A stretch of 63,891 bases of DNA, filler included, from Lama guanicoe (taxonomy: Eukaryota): assembly GCA_013239625.1 (NCBI GenBank). It is 195 parts of 195 records of this genome, joined end to end, with 100 filler letters (N's around TTAATTAATTAA, not from the genome) between each part and the next. Parts side by side here need not be neighbours in the genome. Positions count along the whole stretch, not along the records: positions 10,825 to 11,052 come from PNXV01043087.1; positions 11,153 to 11,380 come from PNXV01043088.1; positions 11,481 to 11,708 come from PNXV01043089.1; positions 11,809 to 12,036 come from PNXV01043090.1; positions 12,137 to 12,364 come from PNXV01043091.1; positions 12,465 to 12,692 come from PNXV01043092.1; positions 12,793 to 13,020 come from PNXV01043093.1; positions 13,121 to 13,348 come from PNXV01043094.1; 187 more parts are not named here. One strand, 5' to 3'. The notes beneath the pieces are model-generated. The model did not search any database. It saw only the letters and a program-made list of their open reading frames with translations, and was not told the DNA's origin. The position numbers and the translations under genes are program-made. Below, piece by piece: positions 11,051 to 23,049 of this stretch; position 1 is the stretch's first letter, and every line of letters begins with the position of its first letter.

Positions 11051-12464
11051 GCNNNNNNNNNNNNNNNNNNNNNNNNNNNNNNNNNNNNNNNNNNNNTTAA
11101 TTAATTAANNNNNNNNNNNNNNNNNNNNNNNNNNNNNNNNNNNNNNNNNNNNCTGCGTGGGTTAAGAAGCAACAGTTTGGAGGCTGGAGGCGACATTTGA
11201 ACGGAGGAGAAAAGTCTGGGGAGAGACGGAGACCAGTGGATGCCCCGCAGGGCCACACATGGAACCACGCCTTCCGGGCGGGTGGGTCCGGGATGCGAGG
11301 ATGCAAGAGATGTGTGTCCTCCTCAGCCCCGCAGGCCCCTCCCTCACTCTGAAACAATCGGCAAAAGTCTGGTGTCTTCGNNNNNNNNNNNNNNNNNNNN
11401 NNNNNNNNNNNNNNNNNNNNNNNNTTAATTAATTAANNNNNNNNNNNNNNNNNNNNNNNNNNNNNNNNNNNNNNNNNNNNTGTATCACTTGGGGGAGGGG
11501 ACACAGTTCAACCTCTACTGGGTACCTTCTATGTGTCTGACACAGCCAGGTGCTGCAGATCCAAGAGCCCCAGGGGGTTTACAGTCTAGTAGGGAGATAG
11601 GAATAAACAAACCAAACCACCACAGGTACCTAAAGGTGCTAGGAAGGTAACAACCGGAGGGGAATTTAGAGAAAGGGGTTGGGAGGACTGACCTGACACC
11701 AGGTCCCANNNNNNNNNNNNNNNNNNNNNNNNNNNNNNNNNNNNNNNNNNNNTTAATTAATTAANNNNNNNNNNNNNNNNNNNNNNNNNNNNNNNNNNNN
11801 NNNNNNNNCATGGAAATCTGACAGCTCAGATCAGTGACCTACCCCTTGAAACACACAGACTATCGCAACTCACCAAACAGGACAGATCATTACAATAGCC
11901 CTAGAATTGCTAAAGGGATTTAATTCATAATTTTAAAATCCATGAAAAAGTAATCTCCAGGCTGAGGTGATTTCAGCCGAGAATTCTACCAAACATTTAA
12001 ATAAAAATTAACCAATGAAACTAGAACACTCCCTTANNNNNNNNNNNNNNNNNNNNNNNNNNNNNNNNNNNNNNNNNNNNTTAATTAATTAANNNNNNNN
12101 NNNNNNNNNNNNNNNNNNNNNNNNNNNNNNNNNNNNCCTTTCCTTATTTCGCATATGCCTGAGCAATAAATCTTTGAATTGTTTACAACCGCCAGCTCCA
12201 GGTCACATCTAAAACCTTAAGTTGAAAGGAACAGTACACCAGGCAATGGTCCAGATTGTATTTTAACAAAATAAAGTGCTAAAATGGAAACATTCTCCAC
12301 ATTTCCTAAATTGCTAGACACTGCAATTGAACATCTCTGATGTATGATAAACTTAGGTTTAACTNNNNNNNNNNNNNNNNNNNNNNNNNNNNNNNNNNNN
12401 NNNNNNNNTTAATTAATTAANNNNNNNNNNNNNNNNNNNNNNNNNNNNNNNNNNNNNNNNNNNN

Positions 12465-12692
12465 TCCGGACCTTGGACTCCCAGCTTCCAGAGCTGTGAG
12501 AAATAAAGTTCTGATTTCAGTAAGCCACCCAGGCTACGGTATCTTGCTACGGTGGTCCAAACGGACTCAGGGCATTAGGTTGCCATGCTGGGTGGTTTGA
12601 ATCCTGAAATTCGTTTTCCGAGATCCAGGTGTCAGAAGGGTTCGTGTCTGGTGAGAGCTCTCCCCTCGGGTTGCAGACGGCTGCCTTCCTGC
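12465..12692. mobile_element. MaLR LTR (MLT1A-like) pieces in opposite orientations
   Basis: ttggactcccagcttccagagctgtgagaaataaa...taagccaccca on the + strand, then gagatccaggtgtcag...ggttgcagacggctgccttc on the - strand. Confidence 0.7.
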
Positions 12693-13120
12693 NNNNNNNN
12701 NNNNNNNNNNNNNNNNNNNNNNNNNNNNNNNNNNNNTTAATTAATTAANNNNNNNNNNNNNNNNNNNNNNNNNNNNNNNNNNNNNNNNNNNNCGCTGGAA
12801 TCAGGGTCGAGGGTCCTAGGCCAAGGCCGCGGCTGCGAACGCATAGGTCGGACGGGATGCTGAGCGGGGGTGTGCGGCCGGCAAACGGGGTGCGGACAAT
12901 CACCACATCATGCCTCAGGATCCTTCTCCGATGTACCAGAGCTTACTGTAGGGTGGCCCCACGTCGCACGCCTGCCCGCGGGCCATCTTGGAGCCCTTGT
13001 CCGCAGCCTCCGCCGCGGCCNNNNNNNNNNNNNNNNNNNNNNNNNNNNNNNNNNNNNNNNNNNNTTAATTAATTAANNNNNNNNNNNNNNNNNNNNNNNN
13101 NNNNNNNNNNNNNNNNNNNN

Positions 13121-13348
13121 TATGGAGTGGAGTTAGCAACTGAAGAGAAACTTTGTGTTCCCAACAAGCAATGTGAAGGATGGCTTTCACACACGATTAA
13201 CTCTCAGAACTCAGCAGGTGGAGATACGTTCATTCATTTAGCACAAAGTAAATGGGTTGCAGGAGAAACATTGACTCTGTTTTCTCAGTGTGTATGCTGA
13301 TGCCGGTTTGAAGTGCCTGCAGTTTTCACTGTAAAACCGAGTTGGAGC
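13121..13348 (-). repeat. ~245-250 bp satellite family copy
   Basis: Reverse complement shares gctccaactcggttttacagtgaaaactgcagg, ctcctgcaacc, tttgtgctaaatgaa and gtgtgtgaaagcc with the other copies. Confidence 0.85.
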
Positions 13349-13448
13349 NNNNNNNNNNNNNNNNNNNNNNNNNNNNNNNNNNNNNNNNNNNNTTAATTAA
13401 TTAANNNNNNNNNNNNNNNNNNNNNNNNNNNNNNNNNNNNNNNNNNNN

Positions 13449-13676
13449 TTCCCCTCTGAATGCTTTTAAGATTTCTCTTTGCCTTTGGTTTCAGCAAACT
13501 TACTATGTTGTGTGTCAGTGTGGCTTTCTTTATATTTGTGCACAGAGCTTCCTGAATCCATGGGTTGATAACGTTCATCAGTTTTAGGGACTTCCTGGTA
13601 ATTATCCCTTCAAATATTGCTTCTACGTCATTCTCTGTCCCCTCTCCTTTTAGGATTCTAATTACACAAATGTTAG
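13449..13676 (-). mobile_element. Old L1 ORF1 fragment
   Basis: NPWIQEAL...HNIVSLLKPKAKRNLKS resembles L1 ORF1 NPQIQEAQ...HIIVKLLKTKDKEKILK. Confidence 0.7.
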
Positions 13677-16072
13677 NNNNNNNNNNNNNNNNNNNNNNNN
13701 NNNNNNNNNNNNNNNNNNNNTTAATTAATTAANNNNNNNNNNNNNNNNNNNNNNNNNNNNNNNNNNNNNNNNNNNNAATAACTTTAAATGGAATATTGTC
13801 TGGAAAATATTAAATCACTGTGTAATGCATCAGCAGTTAATACTTCAGCACATCAATTTAATATTATAAATCAGCTATACCTCAAAAATGTTTATTTATA
13901 GTCTTTTATCTGACAACTTTTTGATTTACTTGTTTTTAAGATTTATGTTTAGATGCTCAACATTTCATGAGACATTAGTTTATTATCTTACAGTATCTTT
14001 CTTGNNNNNNNNNNNNNNNNNNNNNNNNNNNNNNNNNNNNNNNNNNNNTTAATTAATTAANNNNNNNNNNNNNNNNNNNNNNNNNNNNNNNNNNNNNNNN
14101 NNNNTCTATGGCAAAATCTTACAGTTCTGGTATCTACAACTCTTAAAATGTTTTTTAATGGTCTCAGAAGATGCAGTATTCTTCATCTTCTTGCAGAATG
14201 ACTCATTTTCCTCTGCTCTTGATTTTTTTGTTTGTTTGTTTGCAGCACTGGAATCCCTCACACTCCTGTATTTTAAATATTTTCCACTTTACTGCCTCTT
14301 TTTCCTCAGCTCCTATCTTTTCCATCCTGAAANNNNNNNNNNNNNNNNNNNNNNNNNNNNNNNNNNNNNNNNNNNNTTAATTAATTAANNNNNNNNNNNN
14401 NNNNNNNNNNNNNNNNNNNNNNNNNNNNNNNNTTTATTTTCACATTTGTTATTTCTCTAGAAACAGCTTTAAAATTCTCCCAGGAAGAAACCATATCCTT
14501 GCTCCTTTTCTCAGCCCTCTCCCTTTTAACTGCACAACACTGAATTCACCCCTTCTTTATGTTTAGCAGGAAAATGCCTCAGCTCCCTAGCTACTCTGAC
14601 CTTAAATTCTGATCATGAAAGTAAAAAGTTGCAGGGATCACCTGAACTCACTAAAGTCTTNNNNNNNNNNNNNNNNNNNNNNNNNNNNNNNNNNNNNNNN
14701 NNNNTTAATTAATTAANNNNNNNNNNNNNNNNNNNNNNNNNNNNNNNNNNNNNNNNNNNNGTCTCTCTCCAGTCTCTTGCCCAGTGCTACTTCCTTCTCC
14801 CCACTCTAAATTCCAGCCAGTCAGAATCTTGTTAAGGTCTACAAACCTCAAATCTCTGGTGCTTTTACATATCTGCTTTCCCAGTGTGAAATAGTGCCTC
14901 TAAATTGTGCTGCTGTTCTCCTTTGCCACTAGCTGGTAATAACTTTAGACAACTTATTTTAACCTGCCTATGCTTCTCAGTTCAGATCNNNNNNNNNNNN
15001 NNNNNNNNNNNNNNNNNNNNNNNNNNNNNNNNTTAATTAATTAANNNNNNNNNNNNNNNNNNNNNNNNNNNNNNNNNNNNNNNNNNNNTGCCCTCTCCTC
15101 CTCCAGAGCAGCCAGGGGCAGACTTGGGAATTCCCTGATGGAGGCCAGCCCCTCCCTTTAAGGGACCTGGAGACCGAGCCAGGCTCCTGGGGAGCCTGGG
15201 ATTCTACTGGATGCTGAGCTGGGGTACCAGGTGGACCCCCCAGAGCAGATACCTGCCTTCAGCTTCTGTCCTCTAAGCCCCTTTCCCCACAGGTTGGCTC
15301 AACTCACAGACACACANNNNNNNNNNNNNNNNNNNNNNNNNNNNNNNNNNNNNNNNNNNNTTAATTAATTAANNNNNNNNNNNNNNNNNNNNNNNNNNNN
15401 NNNNNNNNNNNNNNNNTCCAAAGGGAAATGTTCAAAGCAAAGTCCTGTAGGATGTGATTCGGCAGCAGTTTCTCGGGAGGTGGCGTATTGGTTCGTCAGG
15501 TTAGTAGATGGAGAAAAGCAGTTTAAACTCAAGTTGATCATTGCAAGGCAGGTTTGCCAGAGGACTTGGAAAACGCAGCAGCTGTTTGCATAAGGGTTAC
15601 TTCAAGGGTTCTCTTTTCTTTTTCTTTTTGAAAATATGTTACAANNNNNNNNNNNNNNNNNNNNNNNNNNNNNNNNNNNNNNNNNNNNTTAATTAATTAA
15701 NNNNNNNNNNNNNNNNNNNNNNNNNNNNNNNNNNNNNNNNNNNNCATCTAATCCTGTGAGCAACTGGGTCACTTCTGTCTCCAGGTGGAGTGAGGAATTA
15801 ACACCCAAGAGCCCCATTTGTTGTCTCCTCTGCCTGTTGTCCCTTAGGTCCAGCGATGCCTGCCCTTATGTCTGTAGCTTTCCTCCTGGGTTTCAAAGTG
15901 CTGCTGGTGATCGGTTTCATGGTCTTACATGTGCAGGTGGCAGAACCTGTAACAGGTGAGTTGATGGCAGCCNNNNNNNNNNNNNNNNNNNNNNNNNNNN
16001 NNNNNNNNNNNNNNNNTTAATTAATTAANNNNNNNNNNNNNNNNNNNNNNNNNNNNNNNNNNNNNNNNNNNN

Positions 16073-16300
16073 TCCACATGCTCACCTTTGAAAATTAAGC
16101 GTGTGTGAAAGCCATACTTCACCTAGATTGCTGGGAACATTAAGTTACTCTTCCATTGTAAACTCGTGTATATACATATATATGGGAAGTACAAACTCCA
16201 ACACGGTTTTACAGTGAAAACTGCATTAACTTCAAACTGGCATTAGGAAACATACTGAGAAAGCAGAGTAATAGTTTCTCCTGCAACCTGTTCCCTTTTG
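16073..16300 (+). repeat. ~245-250 bp satellite family copy
   Basis: tccacatgctca...gtgtgtgaaagcc...tatatatgggaagtaca...ttttacagtgaaaactgca...ctcctgcaacctgttccc. Confidence 0.88.
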
Positions 16301-17384
16301 NNNNNNNNNNNNNNNNNNNNNNNNNNNNNNNNNNNNNNNNNNNNTTAATTAATTAANNNNNNNNNNNNNNNNNNNNNNNNNNNNNNNNNNNNNNNNNNNN
16401 CCACCCAAAGCCACCTGCCAGGGAGAAACGGGGAAGAGTCAGCCTCATCTATCCTGAGGGTTCCAAACTGGGACCAAGCTGGCCATCTCTGCGAGTCCCC
16501 TGGGAAGCCTTGAGTGTGTAACTGCTCCCTCTGGGAAGGCCAGCTCTTCGCATTCAGAGCCTGCTGCGTGAAGCATTCGATGACATTGAAGACCTGTAGC
16601 TCTACCTGCGCTCAGTGCCTAGTGAGCANNNNNNNNNNNNNNNNNNNNNNNNNNNNNNNNNNNNNNNNNNNNTTAATTAATTAANNNNNNNNNNNNNNNN
16701 NNNNNNNNNNNNNNNNNNNNNNNNNNNNTGCCTCTTTTTCTTCCTGTGGACAGGCTACAGAAGCCCTGAGACTGGTGCGCCACTCTCTCTATTTGCAGAT
16801 GCCAGTAGAGGAACTCAATGAAAAGAAGTAATCTTCCATTTTTAAATGTCAGTGAATTTTTGCATTGTGTTCATTTGCAACTTAGAAACTGGAACTTTGA
16901 GTCCTGTAGTTCATGTGAATTTGACTATTTCAGTCTCTTTTGTTAATAAAAAAAAANNNNNNNNNNNNNNNNNNNNNNNNNNNNNNNNNNNNNNNNNNNN
17001 TTAATTAATTAANNNNNNNNNNNNNNNNNNNNNNNNNNNNNNNNNNNNNNNNNNNNAACCCTCGTCTGGCCGGACAGACAGGTGTCTTTTCTCTAAAATC
17101 TTCCCGAGGAAGGTGGTCCCTCTGAGCCTGGAAACCATTCTCCTGCTGGGAGGTGAGTCTGGAGGATCAGCTGCCTCATGACAGCTCTTCTCAGGCTGAA
17201 GTGGCCCTTGGGGCCCTGGAAGGAAACGGGCGCCCGACACAGGCAGTGGGAGGGAGCTGAGGGGGTCCACAGGGGATCGTTGTCNNNNNNNNNNNNNNNN
17301 NNNNNNNNNNNNNNNNNNNNNNNNNNNNTTAATTAATTAANNNNNNNNNNNNNNNNNNNNNNNNNNNNNNNNNNNNNNNNNNNN

Positions 17385-17612
17385 GCTGTTCAGAACAGTT
17401 CCAGTTTGATGTAGTCCCAATTGTTTATTTTTGCTTTTGTTTTCCTTGTCTGAGGAAATATATCTAGTTAAGATATTGCCAAGGCCAATGTGAAAAATCC
17501 ACTGCCTATGTTTTCATCTAGGAGTTTTATGGTTTCAGGTCTTACATTCAAGTCTTCAATCCATTTGGGTTGACTTTGTGTATGGGGTAAGATAGCGGTC
17601 TGGTTTCATTCT
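17385..17612 (-). mobile_element. L1 ORF2 fragment
   Basis: agtttgatgtagtccca...ttttatggtttcaggtcttacattcaagtctt motif. Confidence 0.88.
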
Positions 17613-20008
17613 NNNNNNNNNNNNNNNNNNNNNNNNNNNNNNNNNNNNNNNNNNNNTTAATTAATTAANNNNNNNNNNNNNNNNNNNNNNNNNNNNNNNN
17701 NNNNNNNNNNNNGACAGAGATTAGGAAATCCAGGATCTGATTCCATTAGCAGAAAGGTATCAGGCTGTGTGTCAGCAGGGCAGATGGTTAATGATTCAGT
17801 AAGAAGGTATGTACAGTGCATTGCATTAAGACCACACAACCTTAGATTGTACATAGAGGGGTTGAAAAATATCTACTCAGTTACATCTCACAGGTTAAAA
17901 TACAGTTTCTCAAGGCTCTCAAACAAAAGACTTTGTATCTNNNNNNNNNNNNNNNNNNNNNNNNNNNNNNNNNNNNNNNNNNNNTTAATTAATTAANNNN
18001 NNNNNNNNNNNNNNNNNNNNNNNNNNNNNNNNNNNNNNNNAGATGGTTGGGATCTTATTACTACAGGATGTGCTGATTTTTCTGGCTTTATGTGGGGTTG
18101 CTGTAAAGCCATCATCATCATTGGTGATGGGCATTTGTCCTCTGCACGCCCCAGGCCACACCTGTGGTGAGCACTGTGGTACATAGTGTCACTCCTCCCA
18201 ACAACTTTATGAGGCGTGCACGATTGCTACACCCACTTCAGAGAAAACTGAGGCAAGGTGTTTAATTANNNNNNNNNNNNNNNNNNNNNNNNNNNNNNNN
18301 NNNNNNNNNNNNTTAATTAATTAANNNNNNNNNNNNNNNNNNNNNNNNNNNNNNNNNNNNNNNNNNNNATTGTAAAATGATTATAAATCAATAAAAAATG
18401 TTAAAAAAAATTTTTAATTTAAAAAAAAAAGAAAACACATTGAAAATTCAAAATGCTTACAGGAATGTTTGACCTTTACCTCTCAGGACCTCAACAGCTG
18501 GTCCATATTAACTACAGTTGGAAGAACAGAAAAGCCCCAGATTATGACCATTTTGTCTCAGAGTAGGAGGAGAAAAAAAGAATTCGGTTCTTGAGANNNN
18601 NNNNNNNNNNNNNNNNNNNNNNNNNNNNNNNNNNNNNNNNTTAATTAATTAANNNNNNNNNNNNNNNNNNNNNNNNNNNNNNNNNNNNNNNNNNNNGGGA
18701 GCCACCTACTAGCTGGGAAAAGTGCACAGTTCCCAGCTGGCCGGGGCCTGCGGGTTCACACTGAAGGGCCTGGATTTCTGAATCTTTGCATCCTGGGACT
18801 CATTTTCAGGGGTGGGACAGAGTTTCTAGAGAGAAGTGGCTCAGGGACTGCTATCTGTTTGGGGAGTCGGTATATTTAGAAGAAGTTGAGTCATGTTAGT
18901 AAAGCAAGAATTCTGGTTTTACTANNNNNNNNNNNNNNNNNNNNNNNNNNNNNNNNNNNNNNNNNNNNTTAATTAATTAANNNNNNNNNNNNNNNNNNNN
19001 NNNNNNNNNNNNNNNNNNNNNNNNCAATGAGCCTAGGAGGCCTCCAATCCTCGGGAGCGCAACTGACCAAGGCCCCCAGCTGCTGTGCTCTGAAATCTAT
19101 TTCCCCATTCCCACCAGGGTTGTGCTTCCCACGAGCCCCTCCCGGCCGAGGACTGAATATGGCAGGAATACGGAGGCTAATTGCAGCCTGGGAGACCCTG
19201 GACTCCTCTCACGGCTGACTTTGGTTTGAGGATCTCCTGAGGTCTTGCTGAANNNNNNNNNNNNNNNNNNNNNNNNNNNNNNNNNNNNNNNNNNNNTTAA
19301 TTAATTAANNNNNNNNNNNNNNNNNNNNNNNNNNNNNNNNNNNNNNNNNNNNGTGCCCACCCTCATGTCCAGTACAAAGCACAAAACCCGAAACAACAGA
19401 ACATGATTCTTTTTAAAGCTGGTTGCTTTTTTATGTCTTTGAAATATGACAGCAGTACGTTTCCCCAGGAAAGTACGTCTCTGAGCTTCCAGTGTGCACA
19501 GACCAGAAGGCGCGCACGCCCCAGGAAGCATGGGCTTTGTGCCCCTGTGGGAATTAAACAGGGCAGCTCCGGAGAACTGCNNNNNNNNNNNNNNNNNNNN
19601 NNNNNNNNNNNNNNNNNNNNNNNNTTAATTAATTAANNNNNNNNNNNNNNNNNNNNNNNNNNNNNNNNNNNNNNNNNNNNAGACAGCCCACGAGGCGCCA
19701 CACGGCCTCCAGCGGGAAGAGCCCTAGGACGCCTGATTTTTCTAACCTAATAATAATTCACTATTTTATCAGATTTGCTTAAAACAGGGAAGCACTACTC
19801 TGTATTGCCCCCTGGTGTTGAATGGTTGCAAATGCAGCCACCTGGCACGTCCAGATCCAAATTTGTATTTAAAGTTCAAGGGTTTTATTCTGCACCTGGT
19901 GTTGACAANNNNNNNNNNNNNNNNNNNNNNNNNNNNNNNNNNNNNNNNNNNNTTAATTAATTAANNNNNNNNNNNNNNNNNNNNNNNNNNNNNNNNNNNN
20001 NNNNNNNN

Positions 20009-20236
20009 CCGGCGGCAGAGGTCGCCCCCAGGCCAGGCCGCGGGGGAGAGAAGAAATAGAGCAGCTCCCTGGAACACATCCCCTCCCCCTGCCGTCGCCG
20101 CCCCGCCTCCCAGGAGCAAGCTCACCTGAAGACCCGCGTCCCACCTCTAGGGCAGCGGAGGCCGCTCCCAGGCTCCACCGCGGGAGAGAGAGCGGAGCGA
20201 ATTGACCGGCTTCCCCGCGGCAGCCCCCCTCCCCCC
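20009..20236. promoter_or_regulatory. CpG-island-like fragment
   Basis: High GC with dense CpG and no repeat recognised. Confidence 0.4.
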
Positions 20237-21976
20237 NNNNNNNNNNNNNNNNNNNNNNNNNNNNNNNNNNNNNNNNNNNNTTAATTAATTAANNNNNNNN
20301 NNNNNNNNNNNNNNNNNNNNNNNNNNNNNNNNNNNNTTTTTCTAGGTTTTGTTTCTTCAGTGTCTATTTGCTAATCTAGCTGGAATACCACAGCACTCCT
20401 GGTAGGGCCATCACCAGTCCTTTAGTCTAAGATGCACTTTTGTCCCCTGAGCAGGGGTGGGGGAGGCGGAGGTAATCACACTGCCCTGGTCTTAAAGGTG
20501 ATCGACGCCCAGGTGTCCAGGCTTTTAGATCACAAGGAACTATGACCTCCCCCTCCTTGATGATNNNNNNNNNNNNNNNNNNNNNNNNNNNNNNNNNNNN
20601 NNNNNNNNTTAATTAATTAANNNNNNNNNNNNNNNNNNNNNNNNNNNNNNNNNNNNNNNNNNNNATAATATGAAGTCATTCTCTTATAAATTCTTCAAAT
20701 ATTTTTTATATCTCGTGTGTGTGTATGTGTTTTGGTGTATGTTGTAAAATAGTAATCTGACTTTATTTTTTCTAAATAGATTGTTAGTTCTACCAGCATC
20801 ATTGGTCCAATAGGTCAGCTATTTCCCACTGACTTAAATTACGCTTTTATTTACATATATTTCCATACATGCCTATGTGTATTTCCAGATTCNNNNNNNN
20901 NNNNNNNNNNNNNNNNNNNNNNNNNNNNNNNNNNNNTTAATTAATTAANNNNNNNNNNNNNNNNNNNNNNNNNNNNNNNNNNNNNNNNNNNNAGACTTGC
21001 TGGTTACTTATTCGAAACTCAAGACAGCTACTGCCAACTTTTTTGTGTCCATCTTCTACCAGGCATCTTACTGTTGCGTTCACATGTGTTAGCTCAAGTA
21101 AACTTTCAGCAGCTCAGTGCCAAACCCGGGCTTCCTAGGGACTGGAGGTTGTAATTACAGGTCAGGGAGTGCGAGAAATGGGCTCTGAACTCAAGTCTTC
21201 TATTTTAAAATCCTATTTTTNNNNNNNNNNNNNNNNNNNNNNNNNNNNNNNNNNNNNNNNNNNNTTAATTAATTAANNNNNNNNNNNNNNNNNNNNNNNN
21301 NNNNNNNNNNNNNNNNNNNNGATAGGGACACTCCGGGTGCTGCCGTGTGGGAAATGTGGGCTGTTGAGAGGCGGCAGGAATCGTCAGTTAGTGTTCAACT
21401 GTTTGGTTTCAATGACTAGCATTTCCACTGCCCTGGACAAAAGGTTTTTGGACTAGCATTGTAATTCTCCTACTCCTTGCCATTTATAACAGAAAATAGC
21501 AGGGAATTAGTAAGAAAGTGATTTTAGAGATTACTCTTTAAAAAAATTNNNNNNNNNNNNNNNNNNNNNNNNNNNNNNNNNNNNNNNNNNNNTTAATTAA
21601 TTAANNNNNNNNNNNNNNNNNNNNNNNNNNNNNNNNNNNNNNNNNNNNCCAGGAAGAGGCTCCTGTAATTGAACAAGGTAGCATAAATAAACGCTTACTG
21701 ACTTAAAAGCTAAGGAAAGAGAGAAAAGTTATTTAGTAGCTTTAGATGAATTCAAGTTTCCAGAGCAAAAGAGTTAAATCTCAGAGTAATTTTTGTAGTT
21801 GTAATTATAAAAACATGATTGAAGATCTTTTAAGTGGTAATGGAGGTTAGAATTAGTACCAGGAAACTGGAGTTGGNNNNNNNNNNNNNNNNNNNNNNNN
21901 NNNNNNNNNNNNNNNNNNNNTTAATTAATTAANNNNNNNNNNNNNNNNNNNNNNNNNNNNNNNNNNNNNNNNNNNN

Positions 21977-22203
21977 TTTTTCTTTCTCTTTCTGACTTAC
22001 TTCACTTAGAATGATGATCTCCAGGCCCATCCATATTGCTGCAAATGGCATTTATTTTATTCTTTTTTATGGCTGAGTAGTATTCCATTGTGTATATATG
22101 ACACATCTTTATCTAGTCATCTGTCAATAGACATTTGGGTTGTTTCCATGTCTAGGCTATTGTAAATAGTGCTGCTGTGAACATTGGGGTACATGTATCT
22201 TTT
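21977..22203 (-). mobile_element. L1 ORF2 end / 3' UTR
   Basis: ccatattgctgcaaatggcattt...atggctgagtagtattccattgtg. Confidence 0.92.
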
Positions 22204-22631
22204 NNNNNNNNNNNNNNNNNNNNNNNNNNNNNNNNNNNNNNNNNNNNTTAATTAATTAANNNNNNNNNNNNNNNNNNNNNNNNNNNNNNNNNNNNNNNNN
22301 NNNGTTAGCTCATTGCTGTTCCAGGAAGGCCTGGACTCTTCCCAGCAAAGCACAAGCTCAAAGGTCCCAGATTCACTGGAGGAAGAGTTCCCCTGGGGAG
22401 CCCCTGTTGCCACCGGGACACACTTGCCCACAAGCCCCCAAACCCTCTCACCAAAGCCTGACCTTGGATGCTACTGTCAGAACTCCCACCCCTGCACCCA
22501 GAAACGGGGCCCCTCCCCAGCCAGTGCCCTGNNNNNNNNNNNNNNNNNNNNNNNNNNNNNNNNNNNNNNNNNNNNTTAATTAATTAANNNNNNNNNNNNN
22601 NNNNNNNNNNNNNNNNNNNNNNNNNNNNNNN

Positions 22632-22859
22632 CCAAGAAAAGCCCATGTTTCAGTTCAAGTCTGAAGGCAGAAAAAGACCAATGCCTTCAGCTCAAAAACC
22701 ACTGAATACCAATGGCTTGAGCTCAAAGACAGTCAGGCAAGAGATGCTCTCACTTACTAATTGTAACGGCAGCCATTTTGTTCTCCTGAAGCCTTCAGCG
22801 GACTGGCTGGGGGCTGCCCACACTGGGGAGGTGATCTGCTCTGTGCAGTCTGCAGGTTC
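22632..22859 (-). mobile_element. ERVL LTR (MLT2-type); near-identical second copy at 23288-23515
   Basis: cagttcaagtctgaaggcag...gccttcagcggactggctg...gcccacactggggag..atctgct matches MLT2 in reverse. Confidence 0.75.
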
Positions 22860-22959
22860 NNNNNNNNNNNNNNNNNNNNNNNNNNNNNNNNNNNNNNNNN
22901 NNNTTAATTAATTAANNNNNNNNNNNNNNNNNNNNNNNNNNNNNNNNNNNNNNNNNNNN

Positions 22960-23049
22960 GCAGGGGGCCTGCAGGTATATGTGTGCAAAGTCCAGCAGCT
23001 CCAGCAGCTCCAGCAGCTCAGCTGTCTGGTCGTGGTAAAGCATGACCTC
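22960..23049 (-). CDS. Candidate coding exon 5' part, unidentified protein (EVMLYHDQTAELLELLELLDFAHIYLQAPC)
   Basis: Good acceptor ctcacttcccttcactccacccag| followed by 30 open codons with coding-like usage, running to the contig end. Confidence 0.3.
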
